From NCBI RefSeq assembly GCF_001194135.2, contig NC_068989.1, positions 25,385,295-25,449,294 of the forward strand: a stretch of 64,000 nucleotides of DNA. Reading direction: 5' to 3'. The notes beneath the pieces were generated by a model. The model was not told where the DNA came from and searched no databases. It was given only the letters and a program-made list of their open reading frames with translations. Positions 1 to 13,196 of the stretch are shown piece after piece; position 1 is the stretch's first letter; every line of letters begins with the position of its first letter. This stretch comes from Octopus bimaculoides (lineage: Eukaryota). The translations under genes were made by a program, and so were the position numbers.

Positions 1-32
1 TGATGATCATGATGATGATGATCATGATGATG

Positions 33-102
<70 letters not shown>

Positions 103-103
103 T
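1..103. repeat. (TGA)n/(TAA)n compound microsatellite
   Basis: Direct reading: TGATGATCATGATGAT grading into a long TAA run. Confidence 0.95.
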
Positions 104-662
104 AAATGTTCGGATGCAGTACCAGGCAGTGGTTCTCATGGCTTCTGATCTTAATTGATTGGAAGTGTTTATCATGTACATTGTTTTGTCTTGGTATAAA
201 AGATGGACTACAACAAATATTCTGCTTAATACCACAGATTTGCTTGTCAGGTGTTTGACCTTAACCAGTTGAGCATGTCCCTTGGTGGATGACGATATGT
301 GCATCTCTGATCATGAGTAGAAGTAGTTGGGGAGCATCATAGCCATGTGTTGAGAGGAATTATTTGGGGTTTGAATAATTCACCTTTGGAAACATGGGTG
401 TTTTGCTCAACAACATTAAACAAACCCTATTCAGAGACCATTTGAACGGGATGAGCTACTCGGCCTGAAGAAAATTCTAACTGCCCCCCTCCTGCGAGGT
501 CATGCGCTGTTTATCTTGATATGAGACCACCATGTCGTGCACATATGGTTGTGATGCATGTGCTTGGTGTACCCTTATCAGACGGCTAATCAAGATGGGT
601 ATACTGGGCATCGTATATTTTACTCTAGTGTCACTTTGATGGCATGCCCTGCTCTCTCACTC

Positions 663-663
<1 letters not shown>
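104..663 (+). repeat. Dispersed repeat family A, copy 1 (probable 3' UTR segment or non-autonomous derivative of an R4/Dong-type LINE)
   Basis: Homologous reverse-complement copies at 46437-46828 and 48132-48468. All end in CTCTCACTCA followed by a TAA/TGA run. The 48.1 kb copy is contiguous with the 3' UTR of an R4-type ORF. Confidence 0.7.
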
Positions 664-736
<73 letters not shown>

Positions 737-1709
737 TGATGATTTGGACAAAGTTTTCATTTCCATTCACGGGCTAACAAGAAGTTTCATTTGTACTGAC
801 AGTGAGAGCAGGTCAAATGAAGGATGCAGGTATGCATCTACGAACTCGAAAGTGCCATCCTTTCACTCAATGCATATGTACATTTTCTCTGGTTGGAAGT
901 AACAATTCAGTTAAATTTTGATGACTGCAATGTCGGCAAAAATTGCCGACGCCAATCATCGCTGACAGAGAGGATACCTTCGTCAACAATTGTTTGATCG
1001 TGTCTCAGTTTTCGAAAGAGAATTCTTTAACGCTTGTCTCTCTCAGCTTCGACTAGTCACCGGCTGTTGTACGTGGACGCTGTAAGGTATGTGTTACTGC
1101 TATATACTCTCCAAATACATAACCAGCAGAAGCTCAGTATCGGACAAGGTGGAAACGTTGCTAGATTGTTTCAGCAATCTTTTGGCAGTAAACTTTGTTG
1201 TTGTTTTTAGAGATGTGTCATTCAGAAGCTTCCGCAAGATATTCTTGCAATTTTTTCTTCTCGCTTGACCACTGGTAGCAAAAAGAATTTCAAAATTCTT
1301 TTTGCTACCCTGAGATTTATTAATAATAATAAATATATATATATATATAGGCTCCAAACAAAGACTGCTTCACTTCCCGAGCGTTACACTTATACATCAC
1401 AAAAGGTCACTAAGTACTAAACAGACAAGTCTGATCATACCAATACAAAAGCCATGCCTCCTTGCCTACCCCTCCTTCTCAAACTGTTTTCCTTTACCTT
1501 CTCCCTTGCTTGGCAAACCCCCACATTTGTGCTGCAGCACAATTTTGTCAAAGAACAGGTCGCGATAGTAGACACGAAATTCTATAAAACGCTGAAGAAG
1601 AGATTCGCTACCGATCGTCTGTCACTGAGTACCTGAAGAAGGGCGAAATCAAGTGAACTGCCTTAATTGGAGGATCTGGCAAACGTAGCAGATGGTTCCC
1701 GGGTGTCAA

Positions 1710-1756
<47 letters not shown>

Positions 1757-1758
<2 letters not shown>

Positions 1759-1880
1759 AGTGCTTTTATACACCACGAGTCTATATGAGATGTCCTCTCA
1801 AAGTAAATAACACTACATCCACGTTAAGTTGTAGAAAAAGATTGCCTTTGGCTACTAAGACATCTGTCGCTATTAATTAC
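1757..1880. mobile_element. Terminal fragment of the foldback/MITE family seen at 57516-58101
   Basis: GCTTTTATACACCAC..ATGAGATGTC matches ~57991-58022. The end TCTGTCGCTATTAATTA is the reverse complement of 57516-57532. Confidence 0.55.
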
Positions 1881-2677
1881 TATGCGTATACATACACACA
1901 GACATCAAACACGCGAACACAACACATACAAAGCACACACATGCAGACAATCAAACAGACACACACATATATGGTAGTTTCTGCATCTGCATCATAGATT
2001 AGCAAAATGAACAGGAATAGTTAGGCGACTTAGCTTCGACGACACGATGGTGTAGAACTTAAGAAGTCAGTTAAAAGAAATTGTCGGGCGGAATGTTGTC
2101 TATGTATGATGATACTAGCCTGCAAATGATGGGAGTAAATTCTTCGATCCACGATACTTCACCTCACTATTTCGGTCAAGTGATGAATGCGAACCACATT
2201 TTATATGTTCTCCCACGTTTAACTTGAATAGAATGTTAGTTTCCAAAATATTTAAAAAAAACAATTCACTATATTCGTAATTCTTAATGATCTTCAAATA
2301 TTTCCTATTTCTCAACAAAATTAATATTAACAGAAATCTCTCCAAACTATTCCATTTTAAACAATCTTACAATAGATTTATATGGACATGTCCTCATACC
2401 CTTAATATATATTAAGTTTCTATAATGACTTTTGTATGTTATGTTGTGTTTTGTGAGTTATATTGGATAATATAATTAATGTTTCAATCTCTTACACATC
2501 TGTATCTGCATTAAGAAGCACCTTACTCATAATTTATTGAGATAGTATAATGTAATAAGCTAGACTATTTTGAAGCTGCGAATATACACACATAAATACA
2601 CCCACATTTGTATATTTAAGTAAGCAAGAGGCTAATATATTGAGAAATATAACCTTATCATATATACATATACATAC

Positions 2678-2757
<80 letters not shown>

Positions 2758-3438
2758 GCTGAAATGTTTGTGCATATATGTCTCATTTATACAAACGGAC
2801 TCACCTTCCATAAAAGAACTTCTATATTTAAAAATATTTGTTAGAAAATATCACCTTATTCTATAAATCAATTCGAACAAAGCATTACTACTATNNNNNN
2901 NNNNNNNNNNNNNNNNNNNNNNNNNNNNNNNNNNNNNNNNNNNNNNNNNNNNNNNNNNNNNNNNNNNNNNNNNNNNNNNNNNNNNNNNNNNNNNNNNNNN
3001 NNNNNNNNNNNNNNNNNNNNNNNNNNNNNNNNNNNNNNNNNNNNNNNNNNNNNNNNNNNNNNNNNNNNNNNNNNNNNNNNNNNNNNNNNNNNNNNNNNNN
3101 NNNNNNNNNNNNNNNNNNNNNNNNNNNNNNNNNNNNNNNNNNNNNNNNNNNNNNNNNNNNNNNNNNNNNNNNNNNNNNNNNNNNNNNNNNNNNNNNNNNN
3201 NNNNNNNNNNNNNNNNNNNNNNNNNNNNNNNNNNNNNNNNNNNNNNNNNNNNNNNNNNNNNNNNNNNNNNNNNNNNNNNNNNNNNNNNNNNNNNNNNNNN
3301 NNNNNNNNNNNNNNNNNNNNNNNNNNNNNNNNNNNNNNNNNNNNNNNNNNNNNNNNNNNNNNNNNNNNNNNNNNNNNNNNNNNNNNNNNNNNNNNNNNNN
3401 NNNNNNNNNNNNNNNNNNNNNNNNNNNNNNNNNNNNNN

Positions 3439-3469
<31 letters not shown>

Positions 3470-4813
3470 AACACACATACCATGTGTATATACAGTATAC
3501 ACATTTATAAAGACATCACACACATACGCGCAAACACATACCCGCATACACACACACATAATGTACACATTTCCAGTACGGTTTGAACGTCTGAGAAGAC
3601 GAAACTTTGAAGTAACAGCAAATATATAATTTAATGCAAACGATATGACACGAAAATGTAGCAATAAGTTAAAATATATAAATACATTATTTATGTACTT
3701 TCATTGTTATATTACTATGACACTTGCAAAACACAAGAATATAAACTGTACACAATTTTGAGCTTACATTATACCTGTGCGGGAAAAATTTATATTCTGA
3801 TAGAATTATATTTCTTTTATTATATTGCGTATCTGATTTGATTTAATATCAAATTTCTGACAACTGAACACACTGAATGTAAGCTTATTTATATTCTTAT
3901 AAACGATTTCGGTTGTTTATGACCTCTGGAAACTCAAGGCTCCGATTCAAGAAACTTCAATATCTAATATAATACGTGCATTGTATTTTATGTATTGCTT
4001 ATTTTAACAGCTTATCACCACAGACTTGTACCAGTTTACATTTTTAAACACACACCTATCTTTTATTACAAAAGGACAAGGTTCCGTTTTATTTAAAACT
4101 TCTAGTCATATGTGGATTTCTATGCTAATTACGAAAATAAAAATTTTATTCTGGAGAAATTTACAAAAAAATTGTTTGTACTTTTAGTCAGTGTGATCTA
4201 TTCATTTTCCACACGTTATAGTGACGTCCTTATAGAAAGCAGCATGTTTCTTTCTTATTTTTGTTTCTTTTCAAGTGGTTTTATTTCCAAAACATAAAAA
4301 AGAAAAAAAAAAAAACAAGAAGAGAAAGCATTTAAAAAATGAGAACTTAATAGGAGCGTCAAAAAACATTTTAAGATTGCAATATTGGTGTAAGGCCGGA
4401 ACTGGCAGATTTTTTATCACGCTGAACAAAATTCTTAGCATTTGGCAGGCTCCATAGTATCGAACCATCTACCTAGACATCGTCATAGAACCACCACACA
4501 AAATGTGTTACATTTGTCTTTAGACCTCTTCTCCTAATAAACCGCATTGCGTTCTGGGTTCACTTTGATGGACCCTCTTTTATTTGCTCTGTGTTTTCCC
4601 TTTTATTTAGACCAATCTGGCCTGTGGTAAAATTTTTGCTGGGCCATTCTGTTGTACAATCTTTGCTTTAATGTAACTTCTCAGGTCACTATTTATTATT
4701 GAAGCGTTGACCACAGACCCATTTTGAGTCAACCATTTTGCTGAAGGATATTAAATTTTGCCGTTTGGCACAGACAATTCGACCCTTTAACTATTAACCA
4801 AAACCCATCAATA

Positions 4814-4818
<5 letters not shown>

Positions 4819-4845
<27 letters not shown>

Positions 4846-4894
4846 CTTCTTCTTCTTCTTCTTCTTCTTCTTCTTCTTCTTCTTCTTCTTCTTC
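4819..4894. repeat. (CTT)n microsatellite
   Basis: Direct reading. Confidence 0.95.
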
Positions 4895-4930
4895 TGTTAA
4901 TGTCAGTAATATATTTCATCATATATATTA

Positions 4931-5057
4931 GTTTCAAATATTAGTACAAGGCTAGCAATTTTGCGAGAGGTGTAAGTTAACTAGATCGACCCCAGTGATC
5001 AACTAAGCACTTATTTTATCGACGCTGAGAGGAGGAAGCTTAAGGACAATCACGGCG
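4931..5057 (-). mobile_element. SINE-like family B fragment
   Basis: Reverse complement of the motif chain (GTCGAC..TTTGCC..AAAATAAGT..CTGGCCTTGTGCCAAAATTTGAAAC) also seen at 11351-11437, 29013-29147 and 51475-51780. Confidence 0.6.
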
Positions 5058-5266
5058 CTATTATTAATATTATTACATAAACACTCACACATATATGCAT
5101 ATATGCATATAATGTCTTACGTTTAAGATGATTCCCATGCATTCCCTGAAGAGAAGGTTACAATTTTAACATCACAGATCCCTATGGATCACATAGGTTG
5201 TAATCCTTTGAAACATATGTAAGAATAAAGTATGCAATTATAACATCCGTTTTCTCCATTCCTTAA

Positions 5267-5298
<32 letters not shown>

Positions 5299-5797
5299 NN
5301 NNNNNNNNNNNNNNNNNNNNNNNNNNNNNNNNNNNNNNNNNNNNNNNNNNNNNNNNNNNNNNNNNNNNNNNNNNNNNNNNNNNNNNNNNNNNNNNNNNNN
5401 NNNNNNNNNNNNNNNNNNNNNNNNNNNNNNNNNNNNNNNNNNNNNNNACACACAGAACAAAAAACAGTAGAGAAGAGTAAAAAAACACTTGCCTTTAGTT
5501 AATTTAGTACGATCGTTTCACAGTTAAGAGTAAAGAATACTCTATTCTAATCTTCAGCTAAATATTCTAATAAATTTGTTAATGTCTAAATAACTCACGT
5601 TAATTTTGACCATGTGAACATCAATACCACGTGAGGAAGACGTTAAGAAATTTATCGGCCAGTAAGTTCAAAATCCCTCGCCCTAATGAATTCAATTCAG
5701 TGTGCATCAGAAAGGTTTTTTCATACTGAGCTACCCGGCAAAATTGTTAATTATTAATTTTATTACTAATTGACGATTCCCTGCCCTGCATATCTAT

Positions 5798-5951
5798 ATT
5801 TATTTCTCAAACGCGTGATAATGCTATAAATAGCGTGTTCAGGATAAATTATCCATATAATTGCTGGCCGGTAACGTATTTTTCTGCATTATATGGATAA
5901 TTTATCCTCATCACGCTATTTATAGCATTATCACGCGTTTGAGAAATAAAT
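5798..5951. mobile_element. 154-bp hairpin / MITE-like element
   Basis: 5798-5861 and 5888-5951 are 64-bp inverted repeats with 2 mismatches, separated by 26 bp. No clear TSD. Confidence 0.7.
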
Positions 5952-6116
5952 TTATTTCTGTATCTTACAGTACATCTCAACGCTTCTAAAAAAGAACAAA
6001 CTTTGTTTGTTTACTTTCTTTGTAAAGTTGAATATATATATATATATATATACATATATGTGCGTGTGTGTGCGTGTGTGTGTATTTATATGTACACTTT
6101 TACACTTTCATTTGTT

Positions 6117-6490
6117 TTAGTCATTTTACTGTGGCCATGCTGTGGCACTGCCTTTAATCGAACAAATCGACCCCAAGACTTATACTTTGCAAGCCTAATA
6201 CTTATTCTATCGGTGGCTTTTGCCGAACTCCTAGGTTATGTGGACGTAAACACACCAACATCACTTGTCAAGCGATGGTAGGGGGAGAAACACAGACACA
6301 CAAGCACACGCATACATATATATATACGACAGGATTCTTTCAGTTTCCGTCTACCACAGCTACTCATATGGCTTTGGTTGGCCCGAGTCTTTAGTAGAAG
6401 CCACTTGCTCAAGATATCACGCAGTGGGACTGAACCCGGAACCATGCGGTTGGGAAGCAAGCTTCATACCACAGAGCCACTCTTGCGCCT
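6117..6490 (-). mobile_element. tRNA-derived SINE family 1, near full length
   Basis: Minus-strand head GGCGCAAGAGTGGCTCTGTGG (A box) ... GGGTTCAGTCCC (B box). Collinear with the plus-strand copy at 35492-35891. Confidence 0.85.
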
Positions 6491-6491
6491 A

Positions 6492-6570
<79 letters not shown>

Positions 6571-6850
6571 TAAAACAATAGGTTGAAAAATTGGATATTA
6601 ATTAATATCAATTTAATACCAAGGAACAAGCACATTGAAAGAATCAAGAAGATTCAGAAAAAATATCTGAGATCTCAAAGGATTATTGTATATGTATATA
6701 TAAAGGAGACCACTAAGTAGACTGTTAATGTGCTAGAAGATCACATTTAATGCATCCACTAAGACCGAATTGTTCTCAAAGAAAAATTCAGCGAAGCAAC
6801 AAAACGTATACGCGCAAGACAAGTGAAAATTACATAAATACATACAATGT

Positions 6851-6920
6851 TATCCGCGGACAGGTTTCGAAATTAATATTTCCTTTCCGAAAATATCTGT
6901 TTCTCATCAGTACGGACTGC
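6851..6920 (-). ncRNA. Type I hammerhead ribozyme motif (degenerate) at PLE 3' end
   Basis: Minus strand: GCAGTCCGTA-CTGATGA-G(stem II GAAA..ATATTTTC/GGAAATAT..TTTC)-GAAA-C-CT-GTC|CGCGGATA. The core CUGAUGA, GAAA and GUC are intact. Stem I (GTCCGT/GCGGAT) pairs with two G-U wobbles and a mismatch next to the cleavage site. Confidence 0.65.
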
Positions 6921-7170
6921 TAAAGAAATATAATTCCTAGAATCGTATACTTGTTGTTCCACACGAATGAAGAACGTGCACATGGTTCTGTTAATTATAT
7001 TTATGGTAAGATTGAAATGTCTTGCCCGTATACGGTGTCTAAGGTGTCTTTCCAGATGAGCCATCTTTCCATATCACAAAGACCGCACGTTCTGCTGCCG
7101 TTGGTGTAGGGCTTACACTTAGCTAAGATCTTCCAATTGATTTTGTAACTGACATCTTTATCTTTCAAGT
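6921..7170 (-). mobile_element. Penelope-like element, GIY-YIG endonuclease C-terminal remnant plus 3' UTR
   Basis: HLKDKDVSYKINWKILAKCKPYTNGSRTCGLCDMERWLI matches the PLE W-x-I-L...C-x-L-C-x-x-E motif. Confidence 0.75.
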
Positions 7171-7569
7171 GTGTGTGGAGTACGTGCATGTGTGTGCGCG
7201 TGTACGCGCGCGTGTGTATGTATATGTGCGTGTGCGTATGTGTGTGCATGTATGTGTGTTGTACGTGTGTGGGAGGTATATGTGAGGTCATCTGTGTGCA
7301 TGTGCGTGCGCATGCGTCTATATTTGTGTGTGTCTATATGTACGTGTGTGTATGTGTGTGCGTGTATACAGAAATAAAATATCATATAATAAAATAAAAT
7401 TGATAAAAAAATAAGGAAAACACGGGAAGGGTTCAAGATGAAAAATAAATTAATGAATAAAAAAGGAAAAAAAAACAAAAATAACAGATACAAGATAAAA
7501 AATGAAAATTAAAAATGGAGAAAAGAAAAATTAATAAAATAGAAATTAATACAATTATAAAAACATAAA

Positions 7570-7990
7570 AATAATACAATCAAAAAAGCGAAGGGCGTGA
7601 CTGGTGTCATGTATATGGGATAGGAGGGCAGCAACCAAAGCTTTTTGGGGATGAGTTGAGTGGGGCAATAGCAGGTGGAAACAATGGGACGGGTTTCTGT
7701 ATTTTAGGAAGTAAATAAATGGTGGAGGGACGGGGTGTTCGAACGAGGAGGTTGATGGCGGTGGGGGAGACAGAGGAGGAAACGAGATCATGGATGGTGG
7801 AGGACATGCGCTGTTGGTAGGAGGAGGTGGGGTTGGAGGGGAGGTGGCGACTTCTTTGGGCATGTATTTTAGGTTATCAGACACGGAATGTTGTTCAAAG
7901 ATCTGCCTTCCAAGTCTTATGATGTCATCAGCCTCATGTATACAAAATTGGTCAAGGGATGCACTTCGACACGTTAGCATTTAAAGCAAG
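7570..7990 (-). mobile_element. Penelope-like RT N-terminal remnant
   Basis: AINLLVRTPRPSTIYLLPKIQKP and, frameshifted, LLSHIHDTSHALRFFD correspond to PLE RT motifs (YLLPKIHK; YIxDTxH). Confidence 0.7.
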
Positions 7991-8455
7991 CTGAGTAATG
8001 TAAAAAGTGCAACATTTTTTTACGTTTTATCCTAATTGTCTAGAACTATGCACAACTCTCTCTTTCTGAGTTATATAACTACATGTAGCTTAAAGATTTT
8101 TCACTTTTAACTATGAAACGTATACTTGGAAATAAGAGAGAATTTCAAAGCTGGCTGAGCGTTTCCTTTCTGTATAGATCCGCGCGCCACACCAACACTG
8201 CTCGACCTTTGCCTGCCGGCTTGACGACGATGATATTGTATTTTATTTATACAGATGTTTATATGTATCAATATTTACACATATTACTCGTACTCATATA
8301 CATATGAATACGCGCACACCCACATATACGTGTATCTGTATGTATTGTCGCCCCTGGACACGCAAGTGTAAATACCTTGTATACATACATTCAGACATAC
8401 ACACATACATACGTGCATACACACACATGCATATACACGCACATATGCATCGATG

Positions 8456-8487
<32 letters not shown>

Positions 8488-8609
8488 CACACACACACAT
8501 ACACACACACACACACACACGAATATAATTAGATGGCTGTGAAATTCGAGTATGAGTATGAGTGAGGGGTTAGATAGGGATTAGAAGTTAAAATATAGAT
8601 TTATAAGGT

Positions 8610-9080
8610 CACAGGGATTACTTAAGGGTATTGTAGAAATGTACTGTATGGTCATTTTGTCATTTGGATTTGTGGTAGAATTTGAATGTTTGAAAAAAGT
8701 GGTGATTACATCTGTTTAGTGCTTCATTATGTTTATTTAGCAGAGCTAGGGAGTTGTGCTTTAATATGTGAAGTGCCTCCTTCAGGCAAAGTTTGCAGGT
8801 TGAGCGTTGACCTCGGTAGGGAAGTCTTGAGTCCAGTATGGACCATGGCAGAGTATAGGATATATTTGTATTTTTGAGATGGCGTATGTGGTTGGCGAGT
8901 GTTGTAGATTTACTCTGTTTATCGTATCTAAAAGAGTGGAGGTGAGCGGCATATCGTTGCTTTAAATTTTGGTTGATCCTACGTATATGGCTGTAGAGTT
9001 ATCCGACTCATAAATTTGCCAGGTGTCTATATGTTGGATAATAGAAGAAAGCCAGGTTCAGTGGAAATTGTGTTGAGAAG
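8610..9080 (-). mobile_element. Penelope-like GIY-YIG endonuclease remnant
   Basis: Manual translation with one frameshift: IYVGST/FKQRYAAHLHSFRYDKQSKSTTLANHIRHLKNTNISYTLPWSILDSRLPYRGQRSTCKLCLKEALHILKHNSLALLNKHNEALNRCNH. Confidence 0.85.
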
Positions 9081-11350
9081 ATGTTAATGAAAGCTAGCTT
9101 CTGTATACTGTAATTTATGTCAATGACGATACCCTATAAACTCTACCGTCATACAAAACAATCATACACACACACAAACACACACCAATCTATTTCAATC
9201 GGTTCTCATGAATCATGAATAATGTAACAACAGCTGGGAATCGTGTCTGACTGACAATTTTATGTCTCTTTTAGAGACTATTTATCATAACACTACATTA
9301 AAATTGTAACGAAAAAAATATTATATTAGAACTTAAGGAATTGTTTAAAAGTACATGTAGACGATGACTGTTAGACTGAAATATACTTTCTGACAGCAAA
9401 AACAAACATCTTCGAAGATAGCTAGTGTTGCTGCACACTTAGGGAAGATACAAAGAGATACAAACAAACTTGATAGCAGGCCAAAACTAAAACCGACTGT
9501 AGAAAAGAAGCTGATTGTGTGATAATTAGGAATAAGACACTGTGTCTCAGCAGATTATTATTATTTTGGCGAATAGAAAAGGCGAATAGAAAAGTGCCAA
9601 TTCTAAGGAGAAAATAATATCAGTTATGAATATACTTCTAGATAGTAGTAGCATTCATTTGAGGAACAGACATTTTATGCTTCCACAGTATATTATCGAC
9701 GTTCTTCATATACGTTATCCCTTGCAATTTCAATTAACTTATTTTAATCAATAGGTTGGTGTGCAAGAGATGAATATCTTATTTATGCAGAAGTTAAAGT
9801 TTACATCCTCTACATTCAGGAGATTGCATTCTCATCACATGTTATTCCATCCCATTATCATTGGCCGTAAAAATCACTGGACTTAGTTAAAATCGCTGTA
9901 AATTACTTTGGAAAGTTAAAAGTTATTAGTTACAAAAGACACGTTTGTCTTTTCTATGTTTCCAAATTGCCAAATCTCGTGGGCAAGAACTTAATAATTA
10001 GCTTGAGGATACATTAATGGCATTTTAAATTTTTATATAATGATGGCTGTGATTTATAAATGATCACCGTCTAAATCAGGCACCAGGTAATTAAAAATCT
10101 CGTGTAGAGAACGAATGATACAATGACATTAATATCGCCTGCTTTTAAGATAGAAGCGTGGTGGTCATTAATATATAAATATGAAATTAACGGGAGAAAC
10201 ACAATTTACACCCCCAAAACTTAATCAACTATTTCATAATATTATATGAAGAAACCAAATCAAACCAAAAGTAGTTGTATGTTACAGTGCTCTGTAAAAA
10301 TGTTGTATGACGACTATGCTAACTTAATCTATGATACAAATTAATACTACTTTATGTGGCTATGTAATTTAAGGAACAGTTAATAAGGATATAGAAAAAC
10401 GTATTTTTCTATAATGCATATTATCAAAACTTCATTACGTAAACTCTATAATAATCTGAGTTTTAATTAGTGTAGAAAGAATATTATTTCATGAAATCTT
10501 TGAAAACGTCAACCTGAATGGTGAGACCTAAAAGATTTACAATTATTTATTTGAAGAAAATTTAGAGAAACTTTTTTACGCACCTAGTGTAACATACTTC
10601 CATCCGCAGAGATGAATAAGACCTTCTTAATCGCTGTTTACACAAGACATTCAGAAACTATGATGGACGATTTAGGATACTGCCTTCCAAACTCCTGTAA
10701 AAGCTATGAAAATATGAAAACTTATAGATTTCGTATTTCTGAAACGTATTGCCAACTTTAAATCGGATTCGGAAGTCAAGGTAAGAAAAGGCATTTGATG
10801 TCCTATAAAATCGAATCCAGTTGTTAAATTGACCAAAAATTATTTAATTATAAACTTTAAAGTATATCATTATGGTAGTATGGTTCATATGGTTCATAAT
10901 TTTCAAAGAAAATAGTATAAGAAAACAACATTGAAAGAAATCGCACACTGCACAATGGTAATTACTCAAGTACGAAGGTAGTTACACAATTATTAACCGA
11001 TTTTCACTCTGACACAAATGAAAGAAACTCTGCACCTTTTAATAAAAATTAACTGTAAAAGATTTATCAAATTAATTAAGTGCAAACTAAATACACAAAT
11101 GTATTGTTACTGAAACTATTGCATGTATTCTATTGAAATATAATACCTAGAGGTTACTGAAATTGGTTTACAGTGAACAGTCGATAAATATATTTTTGTT
11201 TTTTATATAATTAAAAAACGTTATACCAGTTCATTGAACTCCATAGAGAATTATTATTTCTAGCTTCCGTTAACGGTGACTTATTTTAGGCAATCCATCT
11301 AATGGCTCGAAATGTTATCAGGATATGACAGGTTAAAAACAAATGCAACT

Positions 11351-11437
11351 AAAATAAGCACCACCTGAGCACAAGGGCCAATTTAATCTACTTGATCCCT
11401 TTCCCAAAATAGCTGGCCTTGTGCCAAAATTTGAAAC
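11351..11437 (+). mobile_element. SINE-like family B, 3' fragment
   Basis: Ends in CTGGCCTTGTGCCAAAATTTGAAAC, shared with the other family-B copies. Confidence 0.6.
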
Positions 11438-13134
11438 CAATATATATTCGGAGCTTGACTCGTAAACAATGGAGATCAAAGGAATATAACGCATGAGCGT
11501 GTGACAAGAGAATTTTAATTAAACTACTTTATGAAATACTAATGAGTTATTCCGCTGTTAAGAAAGTTTCAAATATTACAATTGGATATTGTATAGTTAA
11601 GTACCTGCAAAGATTGATGCCATACATAGCAGGTACTAGGTATCGTCTTATTTTGCAGCAGTTTAAAATCGAGAATAGAAACAGAGTGATTGCTAGTCGT
11701 AAAGAAATACCGTCTCGATTAATTAGGCGGTCATACAATGTTTTAGTATTTCAATATATGTTTAATGAAACAACAAAATGTGCTGATAGCCAATATGCAG
11801 ATTAATGAAGATTGTCATATTATTAAAAATAATCCGCAACATTCTGGACCATTTTCTCTAAGATTTGCGTTTGTCTACTATCTTACAACTGATGTTATGC
11901 ATAGCTGCTTAGTTTGTAAATAGAATTCCAAACATAAATGGACAGATAGGTTGTGTTTCAATATTTTTGCAGGAATAAATGCATGTTATGATTGAAAATC
12001 GGGTAAATACCCTTACATAAATTGTGAAGCAGCCCACAAACTGGTAAAGATAATCGATCTCTGTAAATCTCACATTCCAGTTAAGCTTTCCGTACAATTA
12101 AACTAGGCGAACTTTGACATCCGATAGCACCTTTTATACATTAAATATCTTAAAATGACAAAAATATTTTGATCTGTAAAGATGATTACGTTTTTCTCGT
12201 CACTTAAAGCCACACCACTTCCATTGTAGCTAATATTTTTGAAGAGATGTTCACCATGCGATTTCTTTTATTTGAGGAAAACTAATTTATAATTTTCTTT
12301 AATATAAGTGAGATGTTTTCATTCAGAATCTATAATGGCGGTTACCTACCATCCTTTCCTTACTCAGAGCCTCACTACTTTTTTCCTGGTTAATATTTTT
12401 AATAAGGTTCTTACTATAAAATTCTTCTCAATGAGCACATTCTTTTAAACCCAAGTAATAAATGAGATATATTATCCCAAAGTCAATTGTTTACCTTACA
12501 CTCTCATGTTGATCTCACATATTTTCACTTTACTTTATTTTCTGATGAACCAAAATTCAATTATTTCATCTCCAAATATAGCCTAGAAGTGAACCATCAT
12601 TGCTCAAGAAAACATTAAATTTGGTTGAGAACTGAATTTGTAATGAAGTCTTGAAGTATTTGCGAATGGCTAAAAGTTGATCTTAAGAATACATTTATCC
12701 ACTGCCGTGGGTGAATGATATATAGCTTATGATAAGTAAACTTTACGCAATGGTAAATGAATGATAAGTAAACGTTATGGTATAAACTTTATTTGTGCTA
12801 TAGATTCAAGATTTTAAGTAGTGGCATACCCATGAGCCATGCGACTAGTTTTGTTTTCAATACAAAACACAGGTTAATCAATGTTACTAAAAGATCAAAT
12901 TAGTTATTAAGTATGTTGAAATACATAAGAAATATTTAGAGTATGATTAAAATAATTAACTCGATGCATCAACAGAAAAACAATAGTGTTGCTATTAGTT
13001 AGTTCGTAACATAAATTATAAATGAGATTAGACTTTAGCCAAGAAGATATTGCCAACTTTTATCGCTGTATATTGAAATATTTATCCAATAACGCCATAA
13101 ATTTGTGAAAATACATAGTGGTATAGAAAAGGAC

Positions 13135-13196
<62 letters not shown>

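Noticed and set aside
880-1357. Possible PLE RT remnant on the minus strand (LRKLLNDTSLK..DTELLLVMYLESI)
   Set aside because: Only a vague resemblance; no diagnostic motif (MG.P, YVDD) was recovered.
1630-1660. CTGAAGAAGGGCGAAATC hammerhead-like string
   Set aside because: No stem II, no NUH site and no stem I pairing.
10728-10780. Candidate 53-nt exon (DFVFLKRIANFKSDSEVK) with a strong GTAAGA donor
   Set aside because: Weak acceptor, no recognisable homology, and its phase does not match the 28025 exon.
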